From: Chlamydiae bacterium RIFCSPHIGHO2_12_FULL_49_11
GTDB taxonomy: Bacteria; Chlamydiota; Chlamydiia; Chlamydiales; 2-12-FULL-49-11
Length of the DNA: 29,493 nucleotides
Reading direction: 5' to 3'
Assembly: GCA_001794905.1 (NCBI GenBank)
Contig: MGLW01000038.1
Location: forward strand, 1 to 29,493
The notes under the pieces were generated by a model. That model had not been told where the DNA came from. It worked only from the letters and a program-made list of their open reading frames with translations, and ran no database searches. Shown here piece by piece: positions 26,125-29,493 of the stretch. Numbering within the stretch: the first letter of the stretch is position 1; every line of letters begins with the position of its first letter. Made by a program: the position numbers and the translations under genes.

Positions 26125-27567
26125 ATGAAAAAGGGCGCTAAAACTACTCTGCCGTCAAGGCCTCATGCGATCGAATCGGAAAAGATGGTTCTCGGATGCA
26201 TGCTTTCTTCGAACAAGGCGCTGAACATCGGCTCGGAAAGCCTGATTGCACGGGATTTTTTCCTCTCAAAACACCAGATGATTTTTGACTCCCTCTATGA
26301 GGCGTACCAAGGCGATAAGCCGGCCGACGTGCACCTCATCGCCGAAATTTTACGGCGGAAAAATCAGCTGGACGACGCCGGCGGCTCGCTTTACCTCGTT
26401 GAAACGGCCCAGTTTGCCGGCACTTCCCAATATATCGAAGAGTACATCGAAATCATCCGTAATAAAGCAGTGCTGCGGGAAATGATCGATGCTTCGAAAG
26501 AGATCGAAAAAGCCGCCTATAGCGAACCGGAAGATGTTGATTCCATCCTCGACGATGCGCAGGGACGCCTCTACCAAATCAGCCAGCGCACTAAACAGTC
26601 GACGGGCGTCTCCATAAAAGAGGTCTTGACCGGCATCAAGTCGGAAAAAAAACTCCCTTATCTCAAGGAACTTGAACTTCGTCAAGAAGAATTTCTTACT
26701 CGCGATCCCAACCAGCCTGCAACAGTAGGTCTCCCAACCGGCTTTATCGACCTCGACCGGCTCATCGGGGGCTTCAATCGTTCGAACCTGATAATCTTGG
26801 CAGCGCGCCCCTCCATGGGTAAAACGGCGCTCGCCGTCAATATTGCCGAACATATCGCCATGGAAGCAAAGGTGCCCGTCGGCATGTTTTCCCTCGAAAT
26901 GACCGCCGAGGAACTGGTTCACCGGATAGTCTCTTCCCAGTCGGAAGTGGAATCGGAAAAGATCCGCAACGGTTCCCTGTCCGGCCTGGAATATCAGAGG
27001 ATCGTCAGCGCCGTCAGCCGGCTCCAGGAGTCGGAAATCATCATCGACGACCAGCCGGGGATGAAAATTACTGATCTGCGTGCCCGCGCCCGGCGCCTCA
27101 AAGAGGTGTACAATATCCAATTTTTGGTCATCGACTATTTGCAGCTCCTCTCCGGCGCTCGCACCTTTTACAGTGCGGAAAACCGGCAAAATGAAATTTC
27201 CGAAATTTCACGGATGCTCAAGACACTTGCACGGGAGCTGGAAATCCCTATTTTGTGCCTATCGCAGCTTTCGCGTCGCGTAGAAGAACGTGCCGGCCAC
27301 CGGCCGATGCTCTCCGATCTGCGCGAATCGGGTTCCATCGAACAAGATGCCGATATCGTCATGTTCGTCTTCCGCCGCGACTATTATAACCCGAATGACA
27401 AACCCGGCATGGCGGAAATCATCGTTGCCAAAAACCGCCATGGAGGGGTAGGCGACGCCAAACTCGCCTTCCGCAAAGCCTTTGCTCGGTTCCATAACTT
27501 TGCCAAGCCGCCGTCCGATGAAGAACCGGCAAACGACTCAGCTTTTTCCCACTTTGACGCCGGATAA
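26125..27567 (+). CDS. dnaB: Replicative DNA helicase
   Basis: TGFIDLD, AARPSMGKT, FSLEM, VIDYLQL, LSQLSR, SDLRESGSIEQDAD, IVAKNRHG; no intein. Confidence 0.98.
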   Translation: MKKGAKTTLPSRPHAIESEKMVLGCMLSSNKALNIGSESLIARDFFLSKHQMIFDSLYEAYQGDKPADVHLIAEILRRKNQLDDAGGSLYLVETAQFAGTSQYIEEYIEIIRNKAVLREMIDASKEIEKAAYSEPEDVDSILDDAQGRLYQISQRTKQSTGVSIKEVLTGIKSEKKLPYLKELELRQEEFLTRDPNQPATVGLPTGFIDLDRLIGGFNRSNLIILAARPSMGKTALAVNIAEHIAMEAKVPVGMFSLEMTAEELVHRIVSSQSEVESEKIRNGSLSGLEYQRIVSAVSRLQESEIIIDDQPGMKITDLRARARRLKEVYNIQFLVIDYLQLLSGARTFYSAENRQNEISEISRMLKTLARELEIPILCLSQLSRRVEERAGHRPMLSDLRESGSIEQDADIVMFVFRRDYYNPNDKPGMAEIIVAKNRHGGVGDAKLAFRKAFARFHNFAKPPSDEEPANDSAFSHFDAG

Positions 27568-28815
27568 AAATTTGGGTTTCCCTTGGAGAAGGGGCATGTT
27601 CGCCGAGAACTTCTGTAAACGTTGCAAAAACTGTGTTTTCTGTTCCCCTGTCAACGGACCCTCCACCTTTAAACGAAAAGGTCCGGGAATCTTCTTATTG
27701 TATCCTACCAGTGTCCTAAAAAAAGAGCGGTTCACACGCAGCGTAATGGAACAACTCTCCGGAAGAGCTCGTTTGCAATATGGAAACCAATCACTCATCT
27801 GCGAATCTCCCGTTCTGAACTCGACGCGTGTCCCCCGTGCAATGCACGCCATGTAAAAATAAAACAGCTTTTTCTGTACCATGGGAAGAGCTGTTTTATG
27901 AACATCAAATAGAACTTTTTTGCAAATGCGGGAAACGAGAAAAATGAGAACGCGAATTTCGTTCATTTTACCATTGGGAATACTGATATCCAAAGGAATG
28001 GCAAAAGTCCTTGGTTTTAGGACAACATTGGATTCCCGGTATGCCTTGAGGTAAAGTAGCAATGCCTGAAAATTTCCTTGCGAGATATCGCGTTTCTTCA
28101 TGGGAGAATAAGCAAAGTAAGGATGGGTTAAGGCTCGCATGCGTCTTGAAACATTCGCAAAGCAGAGCGCATCAGCAAAAGGAAGGTGCCGGCTTATTTC
28201 CGTGACTATCTCATCGGGCAACAAGTTGAAAGGATTACGCGTATCATTGGATATCGCAAAATCTCCCGGGCGAAGAAGAGGTATTTCTCTCACTCCGCTA
28301 AGAATGCGGCTCATACGCCACCCCTCTCGAGAAAGAACGAAGAAATGAGCAGGCCATACCTTCATGCCCAATTGAATGATAAGTACTCTGAGTCCGGTGA
28401 GAATCCATTCTATTAAGAAGACCCCCAGTTTCCATGGAATTAACCAGCAGCAAAGGAAAAGAATCAAATCCAATGCAAATACCAAACTAAATCCACCGAG
28501 AATGAGTCCCGCAACACAACAAATGACTCCCACGAGAGAACTAAATTGAATAGTCTTGATGTATAGTCGGAATACGAAATCAGGAGGGTAAGAGCCAGCG
28601 GGGCCGGAAAGTAGTACGACATGATATTGAAAATTTTCTCCGAACATACGGTCAAGAGACCGCGAGTCCGACGCAGGCCACACTGAATAAGCCGCATGCC
28701 GTGCATAGTCCCATGCAAACCGAACCCGATCCGCAAGATGGAAAAAAGCAGTCGCATGCCTCCCCAACAATGTGGTATTCACCACACCTATTGAACTACC
28801 GGTTACCCTTTCCAT
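27538..28815 (-). CDS. F-box domain protein with N-terminal hydrophobic (transmembrane) region; putative host-directed effector
   Basis: PFNLLPDEIVTEISRHLPFADALCFANVSRRMRAL matches the F-box pattern (LP-EI---I---L---D-----VS+-). About 70 mostly hydrophobic residues lie upstream. Exact start is uncertain. Confidence 0.75.
   Translation of the reverse strand: MERVTGSSIGVVNTTLLGRHATAFFHLADRVRFAWDYARHAAYSVWPASDSRSLDRMFGENFQYHVVLLSGPAGSYPPDFVFRLYIKTIQFSSLVGVICCVAGLILGGFSLVFALDLILFLCCWLIPWKLGVFLIEWILTGLRVLIIQLGMKVWPAHFFVLSREGWRMSRILSGVREIPLLRPGDFAISNDTRNPFNLLPDEIVTEISRHLPFADALCFANVSRRMRALTHPYFAYSPMKKRDISQGNFQALLLYLKAYRESNVVLKPRTFAIPLDISIPNGKMNEIRVLIFLVSRICKKVLFDVHKTALPMVQKKLFYFYMACIARGTRVEFRTGDSQMSDWFPYCKRALPESCSITLRVNRSFFRTLVGYNKKIPGPFRLKVEGPLTGEQKTQFLQRLQKFSANMPLLQGKPKFLSGVKVGKS
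27565..28231. repeat. Direct repeat copy A (667 nt), homologous to 28824-29493
   Basis: Collinear by eye with substitutions and two in-frame indels; last 86 nt identical between copies. Confidence 0.92.
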
Positions 28816-29493
28816 GATCCCCGTAAAAATTTAGGTTTCCCTTGGAGAAAGGGCATCTGCTTGGAGTGCTTCTGCAACTCTTGCATACACTGTGTTTTCT
28901 CTTCATCCGTCAACGGGCCTTCCACCTTTAAACGAAAGGGTCTGGGAATCGTATATCCATCTGCTAATGTCCTGAAAAAAGAACGGTTCACTCGCAGCGT
29001 AATGGAACAACTCTCCGGAAGAGCTCGTTTGCAATATCGAAACCAATCACTCATCTCTGAAGCTCCCGTCCTGAACTCGACGCGTGTCCCCCGTGCAATA
29101 CACGCCAGGGAAAAATAAAACAGCTTTAGCTTTTCCTGTTCCAAGAGAGGAGCAGTATTTTGAACATCAAATAGAATTTTTTTGCAAATGCGGGAAATGA
29201 GAAAAATGAGAACTCGAACTTCGTTCCTTTTAGCAATGGAAAGATTAATATCCAGAGGAATGGCAAAAGTCATCGGTTTTGGGACAACATTGGACCCCCG
29301 GCATGCCTTGAAATAAAGCAGCTTTGCCTGAAAATTTCCTTGCGAGATATCTCGTTTCTTCATGGAAGAATAAGCAAAGAAAGGATGAGTTAAGACACGC
29401 ATGCGTTTTGAAACATTCGCAAAGCAGAGCGCATCAGCAAAAGGAAGGTGCCGGCTTATTTCCGTGACTATCTCATCGGGCAACAAGTTGAAA
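28803..29493 (-). CDS. F-box domain protein, paralogue of the adjacent gene; 5' end lies beyond the window
   Basis: FNLLPDEIVTEISRHLPFADALCFANVSKRMRVL followed by a homologous C-terminal domain; frame is open to the window edge. Confidence 0.75.
   Translation of the reverse strand, partial: FNLLPDEIVTEISRHLPFADALCFANVSKRMRVLTHPFFAYSSMKKRDISQGNFQAKLLYFKACRGSNVVPKPMTFAIPLDINLSIAKRNEVRVLIFLISRICKKILFDVQNTAPLLEQEKLKLFYFSLACIARGTRVEFRTGASEMSDWFRYCKRALPESCSITLRVNRSFFRTLADGYTIPRPFRLKVEGPLTDEEKTQCMQELQKHSKQMPFLQGKPKFLRGSWKG
28824..29493. repeat. Direct repeat copy B (670 nt, truncated by window end), homologous to 27565-28231
   Basis: Same manual alignment as for copy A. Confidence 0.92.

Noticed and set aside
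27565-29493. Diversity-generating retroelement (TR/VR pair)
   Set aside because: Differences are not restricted to adenines, include synonymous transitions and indels over about 670 nt, both copies are coding, and no reverse transcriptase is present in the window
1-29493. CRISPR array, IS element, prophage or defence system
   Set aside because: No regularly spaced repeats, transposase, integrase or defence-gene motifs found; nearly all sequence is explained by the listed genes

Overview
Dense core-genome region of a member of the phylum Chlamydiae, probably an environmental lineage. The assignment rests on euo, the extended SecDF and chlamydial synteny. Gene order: uhpC (partial, -), hisS-aspS-mip-trmL (+), trxA, a cmk-plsC fusion, cdsA, uppS (-), secDF, recJ (+), euo (-), tsp, gltX, an atypical alpha/beta-hydrolase, a CysJ-like flavoprotein (+), mutL (-), pepF, two membrane-anchored hypotheticals, tRNA-Ser(GCT), dnaB (+), then two tandem F-box paralogues (-) at the window end. 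No mobile element, CRISPR array or defence system is visible. The most notable points are: (i) a duplicated F-box protein family, one copy carrying a long Inc-like hydrophobic segment, which is a candidate membrane-anchored host-SCF recruiter; (ii) sigma70/66-like promoters whose -10 lies only 6-10 nt before the ATG with no Shine-Dalgarno, suggesting leaderless mRNAs; (iii) interdigitated mutL/pepF promoters; (iv) the Cmk-PlsC fusion; (v) a hydrolase with a putative Cys nucleophile; (vi) a MutL lacking its endonuclease motifs; (vii) no omcAB between tsp and gltX. All calls were made by eye, without database searches.
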